From Thermodesulfovibrionales bacterium (GTDB lineage: Bacteria > Nitrospirota > Thermodesulfovibrionia > Thermodesulfovibrionales > SM23-35), in contig CAVQRT010000002.1 of NCBI GenBank assembly GCA_963715195.1, forward strand, positions 1 through 64,000: DNA of 64,000 nucleotides, written 5' to 3'. Position numbers and translations under genes: made by a program. The notes under the pieces are model-generated. The model had not been told where the DNA came from. It did not search any database and saw nothing but the letters and a program-made list of their open reading frames with translations. Of this stretch, positions 50,632-60,432 are shown piece by piece; the stretch's first letter is position 1; the number at the start of each line of letters is the position of its first letter.

Positions 50632-52287
50632 CTAAACCTCGAAAATAATCGGCATGATCATCGGTCTGCGGTCCATGGTGTTTCTGAGATATTTCTTCAG
50701 CGTGCTTCTGAGTTTTGCCTTGAGCAGTGAAGCATCTGAAACCACTTCCGGTTCAAGGCCTCTTATCGTGTCTGTAAGGAGTTCCTTGACCTTTGTGATG
50801 ACCTCCTGTGATGCATCCTCAAAGATAAATCCCCGTGATATGATGTCCGGGCCTGAGACAATGGTACCGGTCAGTTTTTCGATCCCAAGCAGGATGAGAA
50901 CGATGCCATCGTGGGCAAGACGCAGCCGGTCCCTGAGCACCATCTCCTCTACGTCTCCCATGCCCTTGCCGTCTATGAAGATGCGGCCGCAATGTACACT
51001 TCCATTTTTTCTCGCTCCACTGCCATCAATCTCAAGGACATCCCCATTTTTAAGGATAAAAATGTTCTCCTCGGGGATATCCGTTTTCCGTGCGAGCATC
51101 GTATGATAGACGAGGTGCCGGTATTCCCCGTGAAGAGGCATGAAGTATTTCGGCTTCACGAGGTTCAGCATGAGTTTTAGTTCTTCTTTTGATGCGTGTC
51201 CCGAGACATGTACCTCTGATACTTTTTCATAGATAACGTTCGCTCCCCGCCTGAAGAGATGGTTAATAATCTTTCCGATGGAGCGCTCGTTACCAGGAAT
51301 CATCTTTGCGGAAAGGATAACGGTATCACCGTTTTTGATTTTTATGACCTTATGCTCATCAGTTGCAATCCGCGAGAGAACACTCATCGGTTCTCCCTGG
51401 CTTCCCGTCGTAATTATAACCACTTCATGATCCGGGAGTTCCTTCAGTTCATCCAGCTTGAGCCAGGTTCCCTGAGGGATTTGCAGATATCCCAGGTTTA
51501 AAGCTATCTGTGCATTCGACACAATGCTCTTCCCGCAAAGGATAACCTTTCTCCCGAATTTCACCGCAACATCGATTGCCTGCTGGATCCTATGGATATT
51601 CGATGCAAACGTGGCAATGATAATCCTTCCTTCCGTCTTGGAAAAGATATTCTCGAAGGCACGTCTGACCTCTTTTTCGGAAAAGGTGAACCCGCCTTTT
51701 TCTGCATTGGTGCTGTCGGACAAGAGAAGCAGGGTTCCCCTTTCCCCATATTCAGAAAACTTGAGGAAATCCATGAGCTGTCCGTCAACCGGGGTGGGAT
51801 CAAGCTTGAAATCGCCGGTATGAACGACCAACCCGATAGGCGTCGTAATGCCGAGGCCGACACCGTCCACAATGCTGTGAGTCACTCTCACAAATTCAAC
51901 AGAAAATTTGCCGATACGAACAACATCCCTGGGCATCACCGGGATAAGCTCTGCTGTGTCAAGGCTGTGCTCAGAGAGTTTTTCCCGTACCAGACCAAGT
52001 GTCAAAGGAGTTCCGTAAACAGGTACCTGGATCTCTTTCAGCAGGAAAGGAAGGGCACCGGTGTGGTCCTCATGGCCATGCGTAAGGATCACTGCCTTTA
52101 CTTTGGCTCTGTTCTGAATCAGGTAGGAAATATCCGGAATAATGAAATCTACACCGAGGGTATCTTCTTCCGGGAACATCAGCCCGGCATCAACAATAAT
52201 AATATCTTCGTCGTATTCCAGGACGGTCATGTTGAGGCCAATCTCCTCAACACCACCAAGAGGGATGACAGCAAGCGTATTTTCCAC
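50632..52287 (-). CDS. rnj: Ribonuclease J
   Basis: LGGVEEIG.N, THGHEDH, HTGDFK, GSQGEP, HVSGH. Confidence 0.96.
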   Translation of the reverse strand: MENTLAVIPLGGVEEIGLNMTVLEYDEDIIIVDAGLMFPEEDTLGVDFIIPDISYLIQNRAKVKAVILTHGHEDHTGALPFLLKEIQVPVYGTPLTLGLVREKLSEHSLDTAELIPVMPRDVVRIGKFSVEFVRVTHSIVDGVGLGITTPIGLVVHTGDFKLDPTPVDGQLMDFLKFSEYGERGTLLLLSDSTNAEKGGFTFSEKEVRRAFENIFSKTEGRIIIATFASNIHRIQQAIDVAVKFGRKVILCGKSIVSNAQIALNLGYLQIPQGTWLKLDELKELPDHEVVIITTGSQGEPMSVLSRIATDEHKVIKIKNGDTVILSAKMIPGNERSIGKIINHLFRRGANVIYEKVSEVHVSGHASKEELKLMLNLVKPKYFMPLHGEYRHLVYHTMLARKTDIPEENIFILKNGDVLEIDGSGARKNGSVHCGRIFIDGKGMGDVEEMVLRDRLRLAHDGIVLILLGIEKLTGTIVSGPDIISRGFIFEDASQEVITKVKELLTDTIRGLEPEVVSDASLLKAKLRSTLKKYLRNTMDRRPMIMPIIFEV

Positions 52288-52394
52288 TGGGTGATATTAT
52301 ATCAAATTTTGTATGGGGATTACGGAAACAGAGTTGTAGCAACAGAAGGTGAATGAAAATCAGATGATCATTCCTACATAATTTCAGGAATAGA

Positions 52395-52955
52395 TCATAT
52401 CCTTGGATGCTCCTTCCGGTAATCATGCGGCTTTTCCCTTAGACCATTCTCGCTCCAGATGCCAAGCCGCTTTTCTCTTGCCTCCGCCTGCGCTTTTTTA
52501 AACTCCGCTGCATATTTTACGTTCGGCGGTACCGTATAGAGCATCGCATATCCGCTCTTTATCATCTCCAGATTAATGAGCCTTCCGTCAGCAGTCCATA
52601 CGTATGCGAGGATACGTCCGTATTGGTCGGTTTTTTGGGCATCAGTTTCTATTGTCACCTTCCATTTTGAGGCCTGCACGACAGATTCAAGATATTGTTT
52701 TGCCTGTTCTCCCCACGGATTCTGCCCTGTTTCAGGCGCGTCGATGCCGATAAGTCTGAGCTTTTCCTGTTTCTTATGCAGGATGACACTGATTGTATCC
52801 CCATCATGAATGGTTGCGACCGGAACGGCCTCATTGCTCTGCTGTGCAGCGAGAAAAGGATATCTTTCGTTCACCAGATAGAAAACTGCCGCGAGGAGAA
52901 AGAAAATGACGGAGATGAGATTTATCGCTCTGAGTTTGGTGTTCCTTCGCCGCAT
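52395..52955 (-). CDS. Thermonuclease (SNase) family protein
   Basis: DGDT, RLIGIDAPE, DQYGRILAYV, GIW; N-terminal TM. Confidence 0.92.
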   Translation of the reverse strand: MRRRNTKLRAINLISVIFFLLAAVFYLVNERYPFLAAQQSNEAVPVATIHDGDTISVILHKKQEKLRLIGIDAPETGQNPWGEQAKQYLESVVQASKWKVTIETDAQKTDQYGRILAYVWTADGRLINLEMIKSGYAMLYTVPPNVKYAAEFKKAQAEAREKRLGIWSENGLREKPHDYRKEHPRI

Positions 52956-53098
52956 GCTTTATTATATATCATGCTTTGTTGTCCCGGCCTCTTCCGCGGT
53001 ATTTGTAACAGCCGTCAGGACCGGTATTTCAAGTAAAAAGAAATATAAACAAGCCCATCAGCCGAACTATTGAAAGATAGGAAAGAGATGTGCTATTT

Positions 53099-53168
53099 TG
53101 TCATTCCGGCTTGGCCGGAATCTTTCTTTAGGAAGGATTCCCGATGCGCTTCGCTTGCGGGAATGACA
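53099..53168. repeat. REP-like palindromic element
   Basis: TGTCATTCC...GGAATGACA termini enclosing ATTCCGGC-TTG-GCCGGAAT and ATTCCCG...CGGGAAT hairpins. Confidence 0.7.
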
Positions 53169-53242
53169 TTTTGTTTGATACGTAAATATATTCATAGAAT
53201 GAAGTGCTTAGTTTATTCACAGGCATTAATGAATCCTGCCTG

Positions 53243-54610
53243 CTAATTGATCCCGTATTTCTGTAAGCGGTGACGAAAAGACCTGAAAGATAACCCGAGC
53301 ATCTTTGCCGCATCAGTCTTTATTCCGTTGGTCTTGTCGAGCGCCTGCAGAAGATACGTTTTTTCAATATCTACTATGAGCTGCTCAAGGTCAATACCTT
53401 CATCCGTGAGCCCGGCAAGGGATTTCACATCGGATCTGCCCTGGTTTGCTACCTCAGGGGGAAGATTTGCAGGGGTTATTTCATCTTTATCGGTCAGCAG
53501 GGCAACGCGTTCAATCACATTTTCGAGTTCCCGAACATTCCCCTTCCATGCATAATCTATCATCAGCTTCATGGCTTCGGGAGTAATTTTTTTTGGTTTG
53601 TCAGCTGTTCTGCCCAGAAAGTGGTTTATAAGCAAGGGAATGTCCTCCTTCCGATCTCTGAGCGGCGGCATCATCACGGGCACGACATTTAAGCGGTAAT
53701 ACAGGTCCTCCCGGAATCTTCCGGTGGCGATCTCTTCTTTCAGTTCCTTGTTTGTTGCAGAGATAACCCTGACATCAACCGTAATGTCCGTTGTTCCGCC
53801 GATACGCCTGAATGTACCGTTTTCAAGCACCCTGAGCAGCTTGGCCTGGAGGCTGGTCGGCATCTCCGCGATCTCGTCAAGGAAAATGCTCCCGCCATCT
53901 GCGATCTCGAAGAGTCCTTGTTTGTTGTACATGGCTCCGGTGAAAGAGCCTTTCATATGCCCAAAAAGTTCTGATTCGAGAAGCCCTTCAGGAAAGGCAG
54001 CGCAATTAATCGTAACAAAATTCTTTTCCTTTCGGAGGCTGAGGTTATGCATAGCATGCGCGACGAGTTCCTTGCCGGAGCCGCTCTCACCCGTTATCAG
54101 GACATTGGAGTTGCTCTGTGCGATTCGTGGAATGATCCGGAACAATTCCTGCATTTTCGGGCTCTGGCCAATGATGTTTTCGATCGCATAGCTTGCATCA
54201 ACCTTCTGCCTCAGGATGGAGAGTTCCACGTGCTCGCGTTTCTTCTCGATAGCTTTCTTGACAATCAAGCGGATTTCATCGATGTTGAACGGTTTACTGA
54301 TATAATCGTAGGCACCCAGCTTCATCGCCTCAATGGCTGAGTCCTTTGTCCCAAAAGCTGTTATCATAATGACAATCGTATCAGGAGAGATCTCTTTGAT
54401 CTTTTTCAGGACTTCAAAACCATCGACCTTGGGCATCTTTATATCAGTCACAACAAGATCGAAGATATCGTTATCAAGACAGGCAATTCCCTCCAGACCG
54501 TCTGAAGCGGTCACTACATCATACCCCTCCCCCTCGAGAAGAATCTTGAGCACTTCACGCATGCTTTTTTCGTCCTCTACGATGAGGAGCTTTCCTTTAG
54601 GCTTTTTCAT
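53243..54610 (-). CDS. pilR: sigma54-dependent response regulator PilR
   Basis: REC domain, GESGSGKE, GSFTGA, FREDLYYRL, HTH LSFRSFRHRLQK; located in the pil cluster. Confidence 0.88.
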   Translation of the reverse strand: MKKPKGKLLIVEDEKSMREVLKILLEGEGYDVVTASDGLEGIACLDNDIFDLVVTDIKMPKVDGFEVLKKIKEISPDTIVIMITAFGTKDSAIEAMKLGAYDYISKPFNIDEIRLIVKKAIEKKREHVELSILRQKVDASYAIENIIGQSPKMQELFRIIPRIAQSNSNVLITGESGSGKELVAHAMHNLSLRKEKNFVTINCAAFPEGLLESELFGHMKGSFTGAMYNKQGLFEIADGGSIFLDEIAEMPTSLQAKLLRVLENGTFRRIGGTTDITVDVRVISATNKELKEEIATGRFREDLYYRLNVVPVMMPPLRDRKEDIPLLINHFLGRTADKPKKITPEAMKLMIDYAWKGNVRELENVIERVALLTDKDEITPANLPPEVANQGRSDVKSLAGLTDEGIDLEQLIVDIEKTYLLQALDKTNGIKTDAAKMLGLSFRSFRHRLQKYGIN

Positions 54611-56196
54611 ATGGTGCAGGTAGTATAATCTCAAAGGTGGTGCCAATGCCAGAGGTACTTTTGGCAGTTATCCTGCCGTTGTGTTCGTCGATTATCCGGT
54701 AGGCTATGGCAAGCCCGAGGCCTGTTCCCTGCTCTTTCGTCGTAAAAAAGGGATAAAACACTTTTCCGATATCCTTTTCCTCTATGCCATTCCCGGAATC
54801 CCGGAACGTGATTGATGTGACATTATTCATACTGACGGCATCGATAGAGAGTTCTCCACCTTCCGGCATCGCTTCGATCGCATTAACCCCCAGATTCCAG
54901 AATACCTGATGCATTTTTTGCGGATCTGCATGGACAAGAAGCGGACTCTGGTAATTTTTCCTGAACGAGACAAGCTCTTTGTTGTGATTAATATTGCTGA
55001 GGAGTTCGACCGTCTCATCGAGGAGTTCACGGATGTCAAACGTTTGAAAGACCGGCAGGGTTGGACGCGAATAGGTGAGGAAATCGGATATGATATGGTT
55101 GAGCCGCTCCATTTCCTTCAAGGCGATGTCCATAAGGCGCTCCTTATGGTTTGGACTCACGGAATCCTCCCTGAGCATTTCAATAGAACCCTTCAGTGAT
55201 GCAAGAGGGTTTCTGATCTCATGGGCAATGTTGGAAGAAAGTTCACCGACTGCAGCCAGTTTTTCTTTCTTTTTTATTTCATCCTCAAGTTTCTTGATCT
55301 GCGTGAGATCCTGAAAAACGGCAATAAACCCCTTTGGAGCATAAGCAATACCCTTCAGGGGCGAAATGGTGATACCAATAATTTTCTCACCGCTGTCTGC
55401 CGGGATGATTTGCTCCCTTCGTCCTTCCAAAAATGGAAATGGGAAAAAAGGCATCACGACATCGATCTTCTTCCCGATTACCGCATCGCTGTCCATACCG
55501 ATTATCCTTTCAGCCGCAAAGTTAAAGAGCAGTATCTTCCCCGATGTATCCACGGTGAACAGCCCGCTCGGCAGGCTCTCGATCACTTCCTTATTGAAAA
55601 GCTCGAGATTGCGAAGGTCCAGGTCCGTCTGCTCAAGCTCCTGAACGGTGCTTTCGAGGCGTGCCGAAAGATATCCGCTCAGATAAGCGGTCAGATAGAA
55701 GAAGAGAACGTGGACAAACAACTTGTAGAGGGAATCCGGTTCTTTTGCAGATGCCACGCTGCTTACAGGGAAGCACATCATAGAGCTGAAGATTGACAAG
55801 AATGCCGTACGAAATGCTGCTCAGGGTTGCGATAACAAATCCTGCCCTCTTGTTCAGGATAATGCTTGAAGCAATGATAATAAGAACAAGGGGAAAGGAA
55901 AACCAGCTTTCGACTCCACCGGTAACGTAGATAAGGAGTATGGATGCAGCGACGTCGAGAACAAGCTGCACATATGCAAAAAGAGACTGAGAGCGGACTT
56001 TTTCGAGAAGAAATGAATAGATGAGGGTGAGGAAGTAAAGAGCGCCTATGAGATAATACAGGAACCGGGTCTGCAGCAATTGCTCGGATCCCCTGAAGAA
56101 GAAGGATGACCCGAACAAAAGAGTGATGAATAAGGCCCTGAATACGATGAGGGCCTTATTCTTTTTTTTCAGACTTTCAGCATCTCCAGATGACAT
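54597..56196 (-). CDS. pilS: Sensor histidine kinase PilS (one +1 frameshift near 55769)
   Basis: Multi-TM N-terminus (TGG.ES.F), PAS-like region, AHEIRNPL, GTGLGL. Confidence 0.85.
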
Positions 56197-56203
56197 TTCA
56201 ATG

Positions 56204-57420
56204 CTACTTAATCAGCGTAATGAGTTTGAAGATCGGAAGATACATGGCAACAACGATAAAACCAACGGTTCCGCCGAGAAAGACCATCAGCATCGGCTCC
56301 ATCATTGCGGTAAGGTTCGATACCGCCGCGTCAACTTCGTCATCATAAAAATCAGCTATCTTGCCAAGCATCGCGTCAAGGGCACCGGTCGATTCTCCGA
56401 CGGCAATCATGTGCGTTACCATGGGCGGAAAGACCTTTGCCTTGGTAATGGGCTCGGCAAGGGTCTTTCCACCGACTACCCCCTTGCGCACCTCAACAAT
56501 CGCATATTCGATGACTTTGTTGCCCGATGTCTTCGCCGTGATGTCAAGGCCGTCCAGGATAGGCACTCCGCTGCTGATAAGGGTACCGAGCGTTCTTGTG
56601 AATTTTGCGACAGCCACCTTCTTGAGAAGCGACGCCGAATATCGGGAGCTTCAGCAAGATTCTGTCGGTAAGATATTTCCCTTTCTCTGTTCTCCGGAAC
56701 TGGACAAGAAAGACAATAAACGCAACCACTGCCCCCGCTGTCAATAAACCACCTATGCCTGCAATGAAATTACTCAGATTAATGATGATCCGCGTGGGAA
56801 GGGGAAGGGTTCCGCCAAGCTGTGCAAACATCTTTGCGAAAGTCGGCACGACAAATATCATGATAATGGCAATGCACCAGAACAGCGATTGATGTAACCA
56901 CGGCAGGATAAACCATGGCACCCTTAACCTTCTTCTTCAGTTTCATTGCCTTTTCAATATAGGCCGCCAGCCTGTTGAGAATCGTATCGAGAATACCGCC
57001 TGCCTCTCCTGCCGCGACCATGTTGACATACAACTCGCTGAATATCCGCGGATGTTTTTTCAGGGCATCAGCATAGGTTGCACCCGACTCCACATCTGCC
57101 TTCACCTGTGCCAGGGTTTTCCCCAGCGTCTTGTTTTCAACCTGTGTTGAAAGTATGTCAAGCGCCTGCACCAGGGGAAGTCCTGCATCAATCATCGTAG
57201 CGAACTGTCGTGTGAAAATGACAATGTCCTTGTCCTTGACCTTGCCCCCGAAGGAAAACTTTTCAAGAATCCCCTTCTTTGTTTTTTCCGTAACGACCGT
57301 TGCCGTAATGTTTCGCCTTCTCAGCAGAGCAATAACCTCTTCCCGCGTCCCTGCCGTCATTTCACCGGATTCGACCGTACCTCTCACCGTTTTTCCTGAC
57401 CACTGAAATACCATTGCCAC
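56204..57420 (-). CDS. pilC: Type IV pilus platform protein PilC (two +1 frameshifts near 56878 and 56631)
   Basis: FTRQFATMIDAG, AGEAGG.LD, AMVYP, GESTGALD across three frames; GTG start. Confidence 0.9.
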
Positions 57421-57422
57421 GT

Positions 57423-58517
57423 TTACGCCCTCCCTTTATTTAGGGTTTCCGGCATGCCCTTTTGAATCATTGCAATGATTTCATCGGGCACCGGCGATCT
57501 CCCGACAGCATCTTCATAGGATATAAGCCGTCTTGAAAAGAGATCGAACAACGACTGATTCATTGTCTGCATTCCGAACTTTGATTGACCCGTCTGCATC
57601 ATTGAATAAATCTGATGAATCTTATCTTCCCTTATCAGATTTCTGATCGCGGGATTCGGAACCAATACTTCAACAGCAAGAACCCGGCCGATACCCGACT
57701 TCTGCGGGATGAGCTGCTGGGCCAGAATGCCCTCGAGGACAAAAGAGAGCTGGACCCGTATCTGCTCCTGCTGATGCGGGGGAAAAACATCGATGATTCT
57801 GTTCATGGTCTGCACTGCTGAATTCGTATGCAGTGTCGCAAGCGTTAAATGGCCGGTTTCTGAAACCGTAAGCGCTGCCTCGATCGTCTCGAGATCACGC
57901 ATTTCACCGATAAGAACGACGTCGGGATCCTGCCGAAGGACATACCGCAGTGCAGAAGTGAAGGAAGCTGTATCTGCACTGACTTCCCGCTGATTGATCA
58001 GACATTTCTTGTGCGGATGCAAATATTCTATCGGATCTTCGATTGTTAATATATGCTCATACCGGTCCGAGTTGATTCTGTCGACCATGGCAGCGAGTGT
58101 CGTTGATTTCCCGCTACCGGTAGGACCGGTAACGAGCATTAACCCTCTGGGTTTCTTAACGATGTCATTCATGATTTCCGGGAGTCCGAGGTCTTTGAAC
58201 GTCCTGATATCAAACGGTATCGTCCGGAACGCACCGGCGACAGCCCCCCGCTGCATAAAGATATTGGCCCTGAACCTGCTGAGCCCTTTCACACCGAAAG
58301 AAAGATCAAGTTCATTATTCTCCTCATACTTATGCTTCTGTGCGTCGGTCAGGACGCTGTAGCAAAGCGATTTGGTATCTGCGGGATTCAGTGGCGGATG
58401 CTCAATATTCACGAGTTTTCCATCTACTCGTAATCTTGGAGGACTTCCGGTTGTGACATGGAGGTCAGACGCGTTTTTTTCGATCATCAGCTTCAACAAT
58501 TCATATAAAGTTGCCAT
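57423..58517 (-). CDS. pilT: Twitching motility ATPase PilT
   Basis: GPTGSGKST, EDPIE, RQDPD, AIRNLIRE, GMQT. Confidence 0.96.
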   Translation of the reverse strand: MATLYELLKLMIEKNASDLHVTTGSPPRLRVDGKLVNIEHPPLNPADTKSLCYSVLTDAQKHKYEENNELDLSFGVKGLSRFRANIFMQRGAVAGAFRTIPFDIRTFKDLGLPEIMNDIVKKPRGLMLVTGPTGSGKSTTLAAMVDRINSDRYEHILTIEDPIEYLHPHKKCLINQREVSADTASFTSALRYVLRQDPDVVLIGEMRDLETIEAALTVSETGHLTLATLHTNSAVQTMNRIIDVFPPHQQEQIRVQLSFVLEGILAQQLIPQKSGIGRVLAVEVLVPNPAIRNLIREDKIHQIYSMMQTGQSKFGMQTMNQSLFDLFSRRLISYEDAVGRSPVPDEIIAMIQKGMPETLNKGRA

Positions 58518-58626
58518 TATCCACTCCGTTCTATTCTATGCTTTGACGTATTGTCACATTTCCCGCTCAGACTTTGAGCCGTTTATGACTTCCGTGCACC
58601 CAGAGATGATCCGTGATATCCATTCG

Positions 58627-60432
58627 TCAGTCTCCGAAGGTTACCCTGAGTACTTCCTCTATCGATGTAACCCCTTCCTTCACCTTGGTAAGGCCGCTCA
58701 TCCGCAGAGTCTTCATGCCGAACCTGCTGGCGGTCTTTTTCAGTTCATCTGCCGACGCGCCTTCAAGCACCATCTCTTTGATATCCGGGACAACGGGCAT
58801 GATCTCATACAGTGCTATTCTCCCTTTATACCCCGAATTATTGCAGGCCGAACAGCCTTTCCCTTTAAAACATATTACCGATTGAGCCTCTTCCTCCGAA
58901 AAACCCACTTGCACAAGGGTTGAAACAGGGATTCTTTCCTCTTCCTTGCAGGCGGTACAAATTTTTCTGGCAAGCCGTTGCGCGGCAATGAGGATGACCG
59001 ATGCCGACACAAGAAACGGTTCAATACCCATATTCAGGAGCCTGCTGATGCTACTTGGGGCATCGTTGGTGTGGAGGGTACTGAGGACAAGATGTCCTGT
59101 CAGCGCTGCTTTCACTGCGATCTCGGCCGTCTCAAAATCACGGATCTCACCAACAAGGATGATATCAGGGCTCTGTCGTAAAAACGCCCTGAGGGACGAG
59201 GCAAAGGTCAGCCCTATTTCTTCCTTCACCTGCACCTGGTTCATTCCCTGAAAGTTGTATTCGACCGGATCCTCAGCAGTCATAATATTGATACCGGGTT
59301 TATTGAGATAATTGAGCGCTGAATACAGGGTTGTGGTCTTCCCGCTCCCGGTAGGCCCGGTTACAAGGATCATTCCATATGGCTTGCTCAGCGCATCCAT
59401 GAATTTCTGTAAGGCATCCTCTTCGAATCCGAGCTTGGTGAGATCCACCTGAAGGTTTGCTTTATCGAGAATTCTGAGGACGGTTTTCTCTCCAAAGAGA
59501 CAGGGGAGAACAGAAACACGGAAATCGATCTCTTTTTTCTTTCCGAGTCGCAATTTGATACGTCCATCCTGCGGGATTCTTCGCTCGGCAATATCGAGTT
59601 TTGACATAATCTTCAGGCGAGAAGTTATCGGGTTCTTTATTTTGAGCGGCAGATTCATTGCGTTAAAGAGGACCCCGTCAACGCGGTAACGTACGCGCAA
59701 CGATCTCTCATACGGCTCTATATGGATATCACTGGCACCACCTTTAATTGCATTAATGAGAATACCATTGACCAGTTTTACGATCGGTTCATCGACCTCG
59801 GCAGAAGATGCATCATCCTTTTCCATGTATGCCTCAACACTATCGAGAGCATCTCCTACCACCTTATCGAACTCATCAACGTCGACCATCATCCCCTCAT
59901 CAACTGTCCCAACGTCGCTATCCTTCAGATCATCTTCGGAGAGCGCATAATCCTGTGCCTCCAGGACGCCGGATGTTGCCGTCTTCGTCGCTACCAGGGC
60001 TTCACCCCCGTTGCGGTAATGCGCCGATATGGCACCGAGTATCGAACTCTCACCCGATACAACAACCTCAACATTATACCCGGTCATAAACTTCACATCG
60101 TCTATCACGAATACATTCGAGGGATCTGCCATCGCTATCGTTAAGGTTGCCCCAACCCTCGCAACCGGTATGATGAAGTATTTCCGCGCTACATCGATCG
60201 GAATGAGCTTCAATACCGATGGGTCAATCTTGTAATCAGTCAGGTTGATCGCCGGTACTCCCCACTGCCTGCTTAAAAACCCCACCAGCTTCTCCTCGCT
60301 GATATATCCCAACTTGACCAGATTTGCGCCCAGCTTCCCACCCTCCTTCCGTTGAAGACTCACCGCCTCCTTCAACTGGTCATCGGTGATCAGCTGCGCT
60401 GTGATCAGTAATTGCCCTAACTTCACCGCCAT
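58627..60432 (-). CDS. pilB: Type IV pilus assembly ATPase PilB (downstream copy)
   Basis: MshEN-like N-terminus, GPTGSGKTT, CxxC...CxxC zinc site. Start placed at MAVKLG. Confidence 0.95.
   Translation of the reverse strand: MAVKLGQLLITAQLITDDQLKEAVSLQRKEGGKLGANLVKLGYISEEKLVGFLSRQWGVPAINLTDYKIDPSVLKLIPIDVARKYFIIPVARVGATLTIAMADPSNVFVIDDVKFMTGYNVEVVVSGESSILGAISAHYRNGGEALVATKTATSGVLEAQDYALSEDDLKDSDVGTVDEGMMVDVDEFDKVVGDALDSVEAYMEKDDASSAEVDEPIVKLVNGILINAIKGGASDIHIEPYERSLRVRYRVDGVLFNAMNLPLKIKNPITSRLKIMSKLDIAERRIPQDGRIKLRLGKKKEIDFRVSVLPCLFGEKTVLRILDKANLQVDLTKLGFEEDALQKFMDALSKPYGMILVTGPTGSGKTTTLYSALNYLNKPGINIMTAEDPVEYNFQGMNQVQVKEEIGLTFASSLRAFLRQSPDIILVGEIRDFETAEIAVKAALTGHLVLSTLHTNDAPSSISRLLNMGIEPFLVSASVILIAAQRLARKICTACKEEERIPVSTLVQVGFSEEEAQSVICFKGKGCSACNNSGYKGRIALYEIMPVVPDIKEMVLEGASADELKKTASRFGMKTLRMSGLTKVKEGVTSIEEVLRVTFGD

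Noticed and set aside
36363..52356. Long antisense ORFs such as 36363-37022 (-) and 51592-52356 (+)
   Set aside because: They are shadows of well-supported genes on the opposite strand, with no recognisable motifs or RBS.
37450..56880. Programmed frameshifting or phase variation at the broken genes
   Set aside because: The sites lack slippery heptamers or long homopolymers and all are +1 insertions in unrelated genes, so error is more parsimonious.
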